Notes: generated by a model not told the origin, from the letters alone. Counted from the stretch's first letter, positions 28,048 through 38,116 are shown. The stretch is DNA of 64,000 nucleotides from an uncultured Flavobacterium sp. (GCA_947626185.1 CANQRD010000001.1:31071-95070), one strand, 5' to 3'. Numbers and translations: made by a program.

Positions 28048-29220
28048 TTATTGTACTACTTGCGCTATAACTTCAGTTTCTTCAACTTCAACAATCTCTA
28101 CATTCTGACTTTCGTCAATAGCTTTTACTGGAGTTGCTGATTTGTTTTCTTCAGCGATCTGAGAAGCTAATGTTGGAATAGCACTTAACCATTCTTTATA
28201 CTCCTCTTCTGTAGTTACAACAACTTTAAGCTGCATGTTATAATGTGAAGCTCCACAAATTTTATTACATAATAATAAGTAATCAAATGCATATGGATCT
28301 AAAGCTTCATGTCCATTAGCTATAAGCTCTTGACTCTTTTCAGCTCTTATATTATTAATCTTATTTACCTTACTAATAATACTTTCGCGACTTCTCATTT
28401 CTTCAGTTGTTACACTAGGTGTAAATGCAAATTGAGTTACCATCCCTGGAACACAATTCATTTGTGCTCTAAAATGAGGGAAATAAGCAGAGTGCAAAAC
28501 GTCTTGAGATCTAAATTTAAGAACTACTTTTTTACCTACTGGCAAAAGCAATTCATTAGCCATTTTATCGTCCAAAGAGTTAGGATCAGACATATCTACA
28601 CCTACAACATTAATTCCTTTAATGAAACGCACGTTTGCTTTTCCAAGTGTATTATCTTGACCTGAGTAACGAACATTCCAACCAAATTGTTTTGCGTAAA
28701 CTTCGATATTAATTACTTCTTCCTCGTCGTCAACAAACATAATATCATTCCAAGCGAATAAACCATAAAGAATTAATCCGGATAATGTAATTGTTGGAAT
28801 AACTGTCCAAGCAGCCTCTAACTTATTATTATCAGAAAAATATCTTGCAGTTCTTCCTTCTACTCCACGTCCTTTGAACGCGAAGTAGTGTAATAAAAAT
28901 TGCGTGACAATTTGAACAAAAAATATTAATGCTAATGAAATCCACATTAATATATCGACAGTTTCACCATGTACTGAAGCTGAATCGCTTAATAAAGGAA
29001 AGCTACCATATTCAACTAAACAGAATATTGTAAAAATATAAATGAATGCTAAGAAACCGAAAGTTAAATAACCTTGTATGTTGTTGTCTTTCGTATTAGC
29101 CACTTGAGATGTGTAGTTATCTGGCGTTGATCCGACTTGCGTCAAATCAAATATCTTAGTTAATTGCCAAATTGCAATTCCTAATAAAACAACTATTGCT
29201 ACGATTAATAAACTAGTCAT
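28048..29220 (-). CDS. ctaC: Cytochrome c oxidase subunit II (CuA domain, no fused cytochrome c)
   Basis: DVLHSAYFPHF and CNKICGASHYNM give the CuA ligand pattern H...CxxxCxxxHxxM. There is no CxxCH motif anywhere. Extra N-terminal hydrophobic segments are present. Confidence 0.9.
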   Translation of the reverse strand: MTSLLIVAIVVLLGIAIWQLTKIFDLTQVGSTPDNYTSQVANTKDNNIQGYLTFGFLAFIYIFTIFCLVEYGSFPLLSDSASVHGETVDILMWISLALIFFVQIVTQFLLHYFAFKGRGVEGRTARYFSDNNKLEAAWTVIPTITLSGLILYGLFAWNDIMFVDDEEEVINIEVYAKQFGWNVRYSGQDNTLGKANVRFIKGINVVGVDMSDPNSLDDKMANELLLPVGKKVVLKFRSQDVLHSAYFPHFRAQMNCVPGMVTQFAFTPSVTTEEMRSRESIISKVNKINNIRAEKSQELIANGHEALDPYAFDYLLLCNKICGASHYNMQLKVVVTTEEEYKEWLSAIPTLASQIAEENKSATPVKAIDESQNVEIVEVEETEVIAQVVQ

Positions 29221-29237
29221 TGGTTTATTTTTAATTA

Positions 29238-30527
29238 TTAATAATGAAAATGTTTACTCTCTTCAATCAGAGGGTTATTTTTAGTTAATAATGGTGCTTT
29301 AGAAATAGCTGTAAATCCAACATAGATGAATAAACCTATGAAGAACATTAACGATGCAATTTCAGGAACTCCAATAAACCAAGATCCTCCAACTGTACCA
29401 GGACTAATCATCACAAAGAAATCTAAATAATGACCTACAATGATACAAGTTCCAGCTATAACAACAATCCAAGTTAAACGTTTGAAATCTGTATTAATTA
29501 ATAATAACAATGGCAATACAAAGTTTAAAACTAACATACCAAAGAACGGTAAGTTATACTCTTGAATACGAAAGATGAAATAAGTTACTTCCTCTGGGAT
29601 ATTTGAATACCATTGCAACATAAATTGTGAAAACCAAAGGTAAGTCCAGAAAATACTTAGTCCAAACATAAATTTAGCTAAGTCATGAATATGACTTGTA
29701 TTTACATGCTCTAAATATCCTTGATTTTTAAGATACAAAGTAACAAATGCAATTACTGTAATACCAGTTACAAAGAAACTAGCAAATACATACCATCCAA
29801 ATAAAGTACTGTACCAGTGAGCATCAATTGACATAATCCAATCCCATGATGCTATTGATTCAGATACAATAAAAAACGCTAAGTATCCTGCTGATGCTTT
29901 AAACATTTTTTTATGAAAAACTAAATCTCCAGTTGCATCAAGGTTTAATGATTGTTTTCTCATATAGCTTCTATAGATATTCCAACCTAATAAAAACACA
30001 ACCGCTCTTATTAAGAAGAAAGGAACATTTAAGTAACCTACTTTTCCTTGAATAATAATATCATTCTCTACAACCGACGGATCCATCCATATAAATAAAT
30101 GATTTCCACCAAATGAACTAGCTAATAACAATAGGAAGAAAATAATAGAACCAGGTAATAAGTAAGCTGATAAACCTTCCATTACTCTAAAAAGTACTGG
30201 AGACCAGCCTGCAGATGCTGCATAATTAATTCCGTAAAACGTTAAAATACCTAGTGATATTAGCATAACGAAAATACAAGCAACATATACAGCCGTCCAA
30301 GGTTTATTTTGCATTTGACTTAATACATGTTCTAAATGTTTTTGATGAGCTTCATGATCAGCTTCTGAAACTTCAGAATGATCTGTATGATGTGCTTGCT
30401 CATTCAATATCTGCTCTACTTCAGCAGTTGTCTTTGGTGCACTAAAAAAACCATAACCAATCCCTATTAATCCTAAGATCATAAGGACGATTGAAAAGTT
30501 TCTTAAATTTTTTGATAATGTATACAT
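29238..30527 (-). CDS. actF: Alternative complex III subunit ActF (polytopic membrane subunit)
   Basis: 429-aa multi-TM protein in the position after actE and before the oxidase genes, as in known flavobacterial act clusters. Confidence 0.75.
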   Translation of the reverse strand: MYTLSKNLRNFSIVLMILGLIGIGYGFFSAPKTTAEVEQILNEQAHHTDHSEVSEADHEAHQKHLEHVLSQMQNKPWTAVYVACIFVMLISLGILTFYGINYAASAGWSPVLFRVMEGLSAYLLPGSIIFFLLLLASSFGGNHLFIWMDPSVVENDIIIQGKVGYLNVPFFLIRAVVFLLGWNIYRSYMRKQSLNLDATGDLVFHKKMFKASAGYLAFFIVSESIASWDWIMSIDAHWYSTLFGWYVFASFFVTGITVIAFVTLYLKNQGYLEHVNTSHIHDLAKFMFGLSIFWTYLWFSQFMLQWYSNIPEEVTYFIFRIQEYNLPFFGMLVLNFVLPLLLLINTDFKRLTWIVVIAGTCIIVGHYLDFFVMISPGTVGGSWFIGVPEIASLMFFIGLFIYVGFTAISKAPLLTKNNPLIEESKHFHY

Positions 30528-30557
30528 ATCTAAACTTTCAAATAAGTTTTACAATTA

Positions 30558-31112
30558 TTATTCTGATTTCAATTTTAATACATAATCAGTTACTAACCAA
30601 CGTTCGTGTTGAGTCAACTGATTAGCATGAGAACCCATTGAATTCAAACCATAAGTAATAACTTGGTAAATTCCTCCTTCAGTAAGGTCTCTATCGTGAT
30701 AATTTGGCACCCCAAGAAACTTCTCTCTTTTTACTAGGTTTCCATTTCCATCACCTTTTGAACCGTGACAAATTGAACAATAAATTGCATATAGCTCTTT
30801 ACCTTTTTCAGCACCTTTTTCCTTTTCCTCTGCAGTTAAAGGAGATTTTAAATATAATCTCGCTTCTTCTAGTCCTTCTGGTGTATTTGGATACACTTCT
30901 GGTTGAAATCCACGAGGAATACTCCCCTCTGCAGGAATTTGACCTTCTTTACCGTTTTTAAATACGGTAGTTGGAACTTCAGAATATGTTTCATAAGGTA
31001 CAGCTTCGTACATATTTGGCATAAACTGATAGTTCGGACGCTCTTTATTAAAGCACGATGTAGTCAATACAGCTACACCGGCTAAAGTTAGTATATTATA
31101 TATCGCTTTCAT
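30558..31112 (-). CDS. actE: Alternative complex III subunit ActE (monoheme cytochrome c lipoprotein)
   Basis: One CSICH heme motif and a lipobox-like VLTTSC. ATG 31112 is preferred over TTG 31130, which removes the overlap with actD. Confidence 0.85.
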   Translation of the reverse strand: MKAIYNILTLAGVAVLTTSCFNKERPNYQFMPNMYEAVPYETYSEVPTTVFKNGKEGQIPAEGSIPRGFQPEVYPNTPEGLEEARLYLKSPLTAEEKEKGAEKGKELYAIYCSICHGSKGDGNGNLVKREKFLGVPNYHDRDLTEGGIYQVITYGLNSMGSHANQLTQHERWLVTDYVLKLKSE

Positions 31113-31119
31113 CCTACTA

Positions 31120-31641
31120 TTACTTTTCAATTACTTTAACTTCAACTGCTCCGGTTCCTTTAAAGAATTCGATTGCAGTTTCTTCATTTCCATGTAAAGC
31201 AACTTCCATTAAGAAATGGTCGTCAGTTGTTCTTACATCTGGATTTTCCGCCTTTTTAAATGGCCATAATTTACTTCTAAAAAAGAATGTTAAAACCATT
31301 AAGTGAGCAGCGAACAATACAGTCATCTCAAACATAATAGGTACAAAAGCAGGCATATTTTGGATGAAGCTAAAACTTGGCTTTCCTCCAATGTCTTGTG
31401 GCCAATCTACGATCATGATATAATACATCATACTTGTTCCAACAGACAAACCTACTAATCCGTATAAGAAAGCACAAATTGCTAATCTTGTTGGTTTTAA
31501 ACCCATTGCCTTATCTAAACCATGTACTGGGAAAGGCGTATAAATTTCCTCAATGTGATGTTTAGCAGTTCTTGTTTCTTTTACTGCATCCAACAATACA
31601 TCATCATCATTGTATATTGCGTGAATAAACTTATTACTCAT
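31120..31641 (-). CDS. actD: Alternative complex III subunit ActD (DUF3341)
   Basis: 173 aa with two central TM helices, positioned between actC and actE. Confidence 0.8.
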   Translation of the reverse strand: MSNKFIHAIYNDDDVLLDAVKETRTAKHHIEEIYTPFPVHGLDKAMGLKPTRLAICAFLYGLVGLSVGTSMMYYIMIVDWPQDIGGKPSFSFIQNMPAFVPIMFEMTVLFAAHLMVLTFFFRSKLWPFKKAENPDVRTTDDHFLMEVALHGNEETAIEFFKGTGAVEVKVIEK

Positions 31642-31647
31642 AACGAA

Positions 31648-33057
31648 CTAGTGATTTAATGTTTGATGACCTTCTTTACTATCTCTCTCTTTTTTATAAT
31701 ATTCCCCTGATGATTTCAAGATTGTTTTTACCTCTGCTTGTGCAATTACAGGGAAGCTTCTTGAATACAATAAGAATAGTACAAAAAAGAATCCAATTGT
31801 TCCAATATAAATACCAGCATCAACAAAAGTTGGTTGGAACATTGTCCAAGATGATGGTAGGTAATCTCTGTGTAATGAAGTAACAATAATTACAAAACGC
31901 TCAAACCACATTCCGATATTTACAACAATTGAAATAATGAATGATGCCATAATGCTAGTTCTAATTTTCTTGAACCACATTACTTGCGGAGAAATTACGT
32001 TACAAATCATCATCAACCAATATGCCCACCAGTATGGTCCTGAAGCACGGTTTAAGAATGCATACTGCTCATACTCTACACCAGAGTACCAAGCTACCCA
32101 CAACTCAGTAATATAAGCTACCCCTACAACTGAACCTGTAATCATAATAATGATATTCATTAATTCAATATGCTGAATAGTAATATAATCTTCTAAGTTA
32201 GATACTTTTCGCATGATGATTAACAACGTATTTACCATCGCGAAACCAGAGAAAATAGCTCCAGCAACGAAATATGGTGGTAAAATTGTCGTATGCCATC
32301 CTGGAATAACTGACGTAGCAAAGTCAAAAGATACAATCGTGTGTACAGAAAGTACAAGCGGAGTAGCTAAACCAGCTAATACCAAGTGAACCTCTTCAAA
32401 ACGTTGCCAGTCTTTTGCTCTTCCTGACCATCCAAAAGATAAAATTGAATAAACTCTTTTCGTGAAAGGAGTAATTGCTCTATCTCTTAACATGGCAAAG
32501 TCAGGTAACAAACCAGTCCACCAGAAAACTAATGATACTGATAAATACGTTGAAATTGCAAATACGTCCCATAATAATGGTGAGTTAAAGTTAACCCATA
32601 ATGATCCGAATTGGTTAGGAATAGGTAGTACCCAATAAGCTAACCATGGACGTCCCATATGTATAACAGGGAATAAACCTGCCTGAACTACAGAGAAAAT
32701 TGTCATTGCCTCTGCAGAACGGTTAATGGCCATTCTCCATTTTTGTCTAAATAATAATAATACAGCAGAAATTAAAGTACCAGCGTGCCCGATACCTACC
32801 CACCAAACAAAGTTGGTAATATCCCATGCCCATCCAATTGTTTTATTTAATCCCCAAGTACCTATACCTGTACCAACTGTATAAGCCATACAGCCAACTC
32901 CCCATAAGAACGCGATCAAAGCGATAGAGAAAACTCTCCACCACAATTTATTTGCTCGCCCTTCCACAGGTCTAGCCACATCCACAGTTATATCGTGATA
33001 AGACTTCTTACCAATAACTAAAGGTTTTCTAATGGGTGCTTCGTAATGTGACGACAT
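31648..33057 (-). CDS. actC: Alternative complex III subunit ActC (NrfD/PsrC-like quinol-binding membrane subunit)
   Basis: 469 aa with about 10 TM helices, NrfD-family-like, directly after actB. Confidence 0.88.
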   Translation of the reverse strand: MSSHYEAPIRKPLVIGKKSYHDITVDVARPVEGRANKLWWRVFSIALIAFLWGVGCMAYTVGTGIGTWGLNKTIGWAWDITNFVWWVGIGHAGTLISAVLLLFRQKWRMAINRSAEAMTIFSVVQAGLFPVIHMGRPWLAYWVLPIPNQFGSLWVNFNSPLLWDVFAISTYLSVSLVFWWTGLLPDFAMLRDRAITPFTKRVYSILSFGWSGRAKDWQRFEEVHLVLAGLATPLVLSVHTIVSFDFATSVIPGWHTTILPPYFVAGAIFSGFAMVNTLLIIMRKVSNLEDYITIQHIELMNIIIMITGSVVGVAYITELWVAWYSGVEYEQYAFLNRASGPYWWAYWLMMICNVISPQVMWFKKIRTSIMASFIISIVVNIGMWFERFVIIVTSLHRDYLPSSWTMFQPTFVDAGIYIGTIGFFFVLFLLYSRSFPVIAQAEVKTILKSSGEYYKKERDSKEGHQTLNH

Positions 33058-33097
33058 AATCCTTTATATGTTTCTTTAATTAATAATTCTTTTTAAA

Positions 33098-36000
33098 CTA
33101 GATATTTCTAACCTTAACATGATAGAATATATTCGGTTTTGTACCAATATGTTCTAATAAATGGTATGATCTATCTGATTCAGCTAATTTAGTAATTTCT
33201 GATTCTTTCTCATTTACATCACCAAAAACCATCGCTCCACTTGAACAAGCTGCAGAACAAGCAGTTTCAAATTCGTTTGGACGAACTGCTCTACCTTCAT
33301 TCTTAGCTTTTAAAATTGTAGCTTGAGTCATTTGGATACATAATGAACATTTTTCCATTACCCCTCTTGAACGAACAACAACATCTGGATTTAATACCAT
33401 ACGTCCTAAATCATCGTTCATATTGAAGTCAAAATTATCATTCTGAGCGTATAAGAACCAGTTGAAACGTCTTACTTTGTAAGGACAGTTATTTGCACAG
33501 TATCTAGTTCCAACACAACGGTTATAAGCCATATGGTTTTGACCTTGGCGACCGTGAGATGTAGCAGCTACCGGACATACTGTTTCACATGGTGCGTGAT
33601 TACAGTGCTGGCACATTACCGGTTGGAACACAACTTGAGGATTATCTGCAGGATGTTCTAACTCTTGATAAGCTTTACGCGCTTCTGTAAATCCTTTTGC
33701 ATCTACTTTTTTAGTTACATCTTCATTGAAAGTATCTTCTGAAGAATAGTATCTATCGATACGCAACCAATGCATATCTCTACTTCTTCTAACTTCTGAT
33801 TTTCCAACAACAGGAACGTTGTTCTCTGCATGACATGCAATAACACAAGCTCCACATCCAGTACAAGCATTTAAGTCAATTGATAAATTGAAATGATGTC
33901 CTACAGAACGATCGAAAGATTCCCAAATATCAATTGATGCTGCTCTTACTTCTTCATGATCATAAGAAACCATAGCCATAGGATTCCATTCCTTCGCATC
34001 AGCCGTATTGAAAATTTCTAATGTTGTATCTTTAACAATATCACCTCTACTCATTAAAGTATTTTGTAACTGAACACAAGCAAACTCATGATCACCACCT
34101 ACTTGAGTAATAGTAGCATTTTGTACATTTTGAAAATCGTTATACAGTTCGTAAGCATTTACACCTACTTGCATTTCCTCTTTTAAGGCAGCTTTTCTAC
34201 CATAACCGAAAGACAATCCAATAGTACCTGGAGCTTGTCCTGGTTGAATAAGTGCAGGAACATTTGTCAACTCTTTATCTCCAACTTTTACAGTAACATA
34301 ACTACCATTTAAACCACCATTAGCCACATGGTAATTTTTAACCCCTAATGCTTCAGCATCAGCTCTAGAAATAGTTAAGTAATTATCCCAAGACACACGT
34401 GAAATTGGATCTGGAAACTCTTGTAACCAAGGGTTATTTGCTTGTTGACCATCACCCATTCCAGTTTTAGTATACAATACTAATTCTAATCCGTCCGCTT
34501 TTTTAGCAGATGCTAAAGCTACAACTGCAGCAGAAAAATCAGCAGAAGGACTAACTTTTGTATTTTCACCTACAATGGCAAAGCCATCATGTACTAATTG
34601 ATTCCATGTTAAATTAGATGCTTTTGAAGTACCAACCGCTTTTACATAATCATAAAAACTTGTATTGTTACCATTCCATAATAATAAAGCATCCTGAAAT
34701 TGTCTTGTATCAAATAAAGGTCTAATCGTAGGTTGAGTTACTGAATAGTGTCCTTTTTTAATCATTACATCACCCCATGATTCTAAATAATGAGGAGCTG
34801 CAGCAGCAATAGTACTCACTAAAGCTGTTTCGTCTTCTTTCATTGTAAAACTAACAGAAGTTTTCACTTTCTTCAATCCTTCAACAAAAGCAGCGCTATT
34901 AGCTAATGTATACACAGGGTTAATTCCTGACATAATTAAAGTATGCACTTTTCCAGCATTCATATCTTTAATCAATTCAGCAACCTGAGCCGCATTACCT
35001 TGTCTTACATATTTTGTTTGCTCTGGCAAATACGCAGCTGACTGTAAAGCCTCATTAATAGCAATAACAATCAATTGAGCATTCACATCATCTAATCCAG
35101 TTACAACAACTCCAGCTGAACCAGCAGACTTTAATTGTTTAACAGCTTTATTAATAGCTTCATCTTGACTAGTTGCAGAACTAGGAGTATTACCTCCAAC
35201 GATTGCATTATATAACTTAACTAAAGCTATTTTTTGCTCTTGAACTGTTACTGGTATACGAACATCAGCATTAGCACCAGACAAACTCATATTAGATTCT
35301 ATCTGAATGTGCTTAGACATTTTTCCATTTTTAGGAATACGTTTACCTGCATAACCAGCATCGTATCCTCCACCTTGCCAATCTCCTAAAATATCAGCAC
35401 CTACAGAAACAATAACATCTGCATTACTAAAATCGTAATCAGCTAAACCTCTTGTACCATATGCTTTTTCATAAGCATCAGCAGCAGCCGATGATGAAAT
35501 AGCATCATATACAATATGTTTAGTGTTTGGATTTGCCTCAATAAATTCAGCAATCAATTTATCTGTAGAAGGACTCGCCATAGTATTTGTTAACAAAACT
35601 ACGTTTCCTCCAGTAGATTTAGCATCTTGTAAACTTGCTCTTACTTTTGCATCAACCTCATCCCAAGAAACACTTTTCCCTTCAATTTTTGGTTGTTTCA
35701 AACGCATGCTATCATACATTGAAAGTACAGATGCATTTACACGCGCATTAGCTCCAGAATAAGCTCCTGCAAGTTTATTATTTTCAATTTTAATCGGACG
35801 TCCTTCACGAGTCTTCACCAAAACGTTCACGAAATCGAATCCATCAGCAACAGTAGTTGCATAATAATCAGCAATTCCAGGAATAATTTCTTCCGGCTGA
35901 ACCACGTAAGGAATTGATTTAATAACCGGTCCTTCACAAGCAGCTAAAGTAGCTGCAGCAGTAGAAAAACCAACATATTTCAAAAAGTCTCGACGAGTCG

Positions 36001-36148
36001 TTGAAGAAGAAGACAACTTGTTTTTATCCCCAAGAAATTCATCTGTAGGAATTTGATCAACAAACTCGTTGTTTCTTAGCGTCTCAACAATAGAACTATT
36101 ATCATTCAGCTCTTCAACACTTTTCCAGTATTTTTTGTTTGATGCCAT
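33098..36148 (-). CDS. actB: Alternative complex III subunit ActB (molybdopterin-oxidoreductase-like plus Fe-S domains)
   Basis: Tat signal with lipobox (TRRDFLKYVGFSTAAATLAAC). The C-terminal ferredoxin-like clusters are CTGCGACVIACHAEN, CQHCNHAPCETVCP and CVGTRYCANNCP. Confidence 0.9.
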   Translation of the reverse strand: MASNKKYWKSVEELNDNSSIVETLRNNEFVDQIPTDEFLGDKNKLSSSSTTRRDFLKYVGFSTAAATLAACEGPVIKSIPYVVQPEEIIPGIADYYATTVADGFDFVNVLVKTREGRPIKIENNKLAGAYSGANARVNASVLSMYDSMRLKQPKIEGKSVSWDEVDAKVRASLQDAKSTGGNVVLLTNTMASPSTDKLIAEFIEANPNTKHIVYDAISSSAAADAYEKAYGTRGLADYDFSNADVIVSVGADILGDWQGGGYDAGYAGKRIPKNGKMSKHIQIESNMSLSGANADVRIPVTVQEQKIALVKLYNAIVGGNTPSSATSQDEAINKAVKQLKSAGSAGVVVTGLDDVNAQLIVIAINEALQSAAYLPEQTKYVRQGNAAQVAELIKDMNAGKVHTLIMSGINPVYTLANSAAFVEGLKKVKTSVSFTMKEDETALVSTIAAAAPHYLESWGDVMIKKGHYSVTQPTIRPLFDTRQFQDALLLWNGNNTSFYDYVKAVGTSKASNLTWNQLVHDGFAIVGENTKVSPSADFSAAVVALASAKKADGLELVLYTKTGMGDGQQANNPWLQEFPDPISRVSWDNYLTISRADAEALGVKNYHVANGGLNGSYVTVKVGDKELTNVPALIQPGQAPGTIGLSFGYGRKAALKEEMQVGVNAYELYNDFQNVQNATITQVGGDHEFACVQLQNTLMSRGDIVKDTTLEIFNTADAKEWNPMAMVSYDHEEVRAASIDIWESFDRSVGHHFNLSIDLNACTGCGACVIACHAENNVPVVGKSEVRRSRDMHWLRIDRYYSSEDTFNEDVTKKVDAKGFTEARKAYQELEHPADNPQVVFQPVMCQHCNHAPCETVCPVAATSHGRQGQNHMAYNRCVGTRYCANNCPYKVRRFNWFLYAQNDNFDFNMNDDLGRMVLNPDVVVRSRGVMEKCSLCIQMTQATILKAKNEGRAVRPNEFETACSAACSSGAMVFGDVNEKESEITKLAESDRSYHLLEHIGTKPNIFYHVKVRNI

Positions 36149-36182
36149 TGTATATAAATATTAGCTTCTTATTCTTTAATTA

Positions 36183-37460
36183 TTAATAGTGACATTTACC
36201 ACATTCTAAACCACCCATTTGAGCTACTGTCAACTTCTCTACTCCGTATTTATCAGCTAATTCGCTATGAATTTTAGCATAATACTCATTACTATCTAAT
36301 TTCACGTTAGTAGTTCTGTGACAATCAATACACCACCCCATTGTTAACGGAGAGTGCTGTCTCATAATTTCCATTTCCTCTACAGGCCCGTGACAAGTTT
36401 GACATTCTAAACCTGCAACATTAACGTGTTGAGAGTGGTTGTAATAAACGAAGTCTGGCAAATTGTGCACCCTAACCCACTTAACAGGCTTTTCTTTTCC
36501 TGTATAAGATTGAGTATTCACATCCCATCCAACTGCTTCATATAATTTTTGTATTTCACCTGTATAAAACTCAGCAGTGTACTTACCGTAATCCACACCA
36601 GGATCTCCAGCAAACTCACTAATATTTTTATGACAGTTCATACAAACATTTAACGAAGGAATTCCAGAAGTTTTACTTACTCTTGCTGATGAGTGACAGT
36701 ACTTACAATCAATACCATTATCTCCTGCGTGAATTTTGTGTGAGAAATGAATTGGCTGAACCGGCTCATAACCTTTATCAACACCAATTTGCATCATATA
36801 GCCATAAACAAAATACGACCCAACTAACACAAAAATAATTACTGAAGAAATTACCAAAAACTGATTTTTGACAAACGCCTTCCAAATTGGAGTTGTTTTT
36901 CTCACTTCAGCTGTTAAACCATTTGCCTCAACAACCTTATTCAATACTTGTTTAACAAAAAACAGCATTGTTACCAACAGCAACAACACCACAACTAAAG
37001 CTCCTAAAACAATTACATTAGAAACCCCACCATCATTTGACGCCTTAGCACCATCAGAAGTAGGCCCAGGAACAGGTGTTTCAGCTTTTTGCTCAGAAGT
37101 ATACGCTAAGATATCATCAATATCTTGGTCTGATAATCCCGGGAAATCATTCATAACTACCTTATTATAGTCATTAAACAATTTCACAGCCACAGGATCT
37201 CCTGCTTTAATCAAAGAAGAACTACTTTTGATCCACTTATGCAGCCAAGCCACATCTCCATCGTATTTATCAACAACACCACGAAGAGCCGGCCCTGTAG
37301 AAGCTCCGTCTAACTTATGACAAGCCGCACAGTTAGAGTTAAACAATTCCTTTCCTTTCGCCACATCTTGAGCAAAAGAAATCGTAGAAAAAGATAGCAT
37401 TAATGCTAAACAAAAGAATAAAATCTTTGAAAACGAATTATGGTTACCCACTTTTTTCAT
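36183..37460 (-). CDS. actA: Alternative complex III subunit ActA, with six CxxCH motifs (N-terminal monoheme domain plus pentaheme domain)
   Basis: Heme motifs are CAACH, CKYCH, CMNCH, CQTCH, CIDCH and CGKCH. There is a signal peptide, and two TM helices lie between the first and second motifs. Confidence 0.9.
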   Translation of the reverse strand: MKKVGNHNSFSKILFFCLALMLSFSTISFAQDVAKGKELFNSNCAACHKLDGASTGPALRGVVDKYDGDVAWLHKWIKSSSSLIKAGDPVAVKLFNDYNKVVMNDFPGLSDQDIDDILAYTSEQKAETPVPGPTSDGAKASNDGGVSNVIVLGALVVVLLLLVTMLFFVKQVLNKVVEANGLTAEVRKTTPIWKAFVKNQFLVISSVIIFVLVGSYFVYGYMMQIGVDKGYEPVQPIHFSHKIHAGDNGIDCKYCHSSARVSKTSGIPSLNVCMNCHKNISEFAGDPGVDYGKYTAEFYTGEIQKLYEAVGWDVNTQSYTGKEKPVKWVRVHNLPDFVYYNHSQHVNVAGLECQTCHGPVEEMEIMRQHSPLTMGWCIDCHRTTNVKLDSNEYYAKIHSELADKYGVEKLTVAQMGGLECGKCHY

Positions 37461-37545
37461 AGTTATAAATTGATTTTCAACTAAACTTGGTTTTTTTAAT
37501 AGCTCAAACGTCTATTACTCAATATACCTTATTTACAAACTCCGA

Positions 37546-37553
37546 CAAAAATA
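37546..37553 (-). promoter_or_regulatory. Candidate -7 box (TATTTTTG on the minus strand) for the act-cox operon
   Basis: The plus strand reads caaaaata, 86 nt upstream of the actA ATG. It is the only consensus match in the 216-bp divergent intergenic region. Confidence 0.25.
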
Positions 37554-37676
37554 CAATTTATGCCTTACTCTAAAAACCTTTCATGAGGTTAATCCATAAT
37601 TTATACACGTTCTAAATAGCGGTTTTCAAAGCTATTTTCAAGAATATTTGTAATTTTACCCTAAATACATTTCATT

Positions 37677-38057
37677 ATGAGAATTTTAAGATTATTTCCG
37701 CTTGTTTTTTGTCTATTTATTGTGGTTTTTACAACTTTTGCGCAAGAAAAAAAAACACCAATAAATGAAAGTCAGACTATCCAAAAGCTAGTTGACATTA
37801 AAAGAAATGCATCTAATCAAGCAATAAATCCTGATAAATTTAATATTCAGATTTTTTATGGGAAAAATGCACAAGCTATAGAAGCTTTAAACAAGAGCAG
37901 AAAACTATATCCAGAATTAGAAGCCATAATCGTTTATACAAATCCCTCTTATAAAGTTTTGGTTGGTAATTTTAAAACGAGATTAGAAGCTGAAAGAAAT
38001 TTACAATTAATTAGAAAAGATTTTGATTCTGCACTTTTAATCCGACCAGGTAAATAA
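37677..38057 (+). CDS. SPOR domain-containing protein
   Basis: Signal peptide plus a C-terminal domain of about 75 aa (FNIQIFYGKN...YKVLVGNFKTRLEAERNLQLIRKDF) with the SPOR beta-alpha-beta-beta pattern. Confidence 0.7.
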   Translation: MRILRLFPLVFCLFIVVFTTFAQEKKTPINESQTIQKLVDIKRNASNQAINPDKFNIQIFYGKNAQAIEALNKSRKLYPELEAIIVYTNPSYKVLVGNFKTRLEAERNLQLIRKDFDSALLIRPGK

Positions 38058-38059
38058 AC

Positions 38060-38100
38060 AAAAAAACCGTTACTCAACTTTTAGAGTAACGGTTTTTTTG
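38060..38100. terminator. Bidirectional intrinsic terminator (SPOR gene / leuS)
   Basis: 10-bp stem accgttactc (38066-38075) / gagtaacggt (38084-38093), with an A-run upstream and a T-run downstream. Confidence 0.8.
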
Positions 38101-38116
38101 TTTATTTATAAAACTA

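Noticed and set aside
28190-28260. Possibility that Lys in the CuA loop (CNKIC in place of CSELC) makes subunit II non-functional.
   Set aside because: The CuA ligand at that position is the backbone carbonyl. Functional oxidases with a non-Glu residue there are known (for example CNQYC in Thermus ba3), and all the Cys, His and Met ligands are present.
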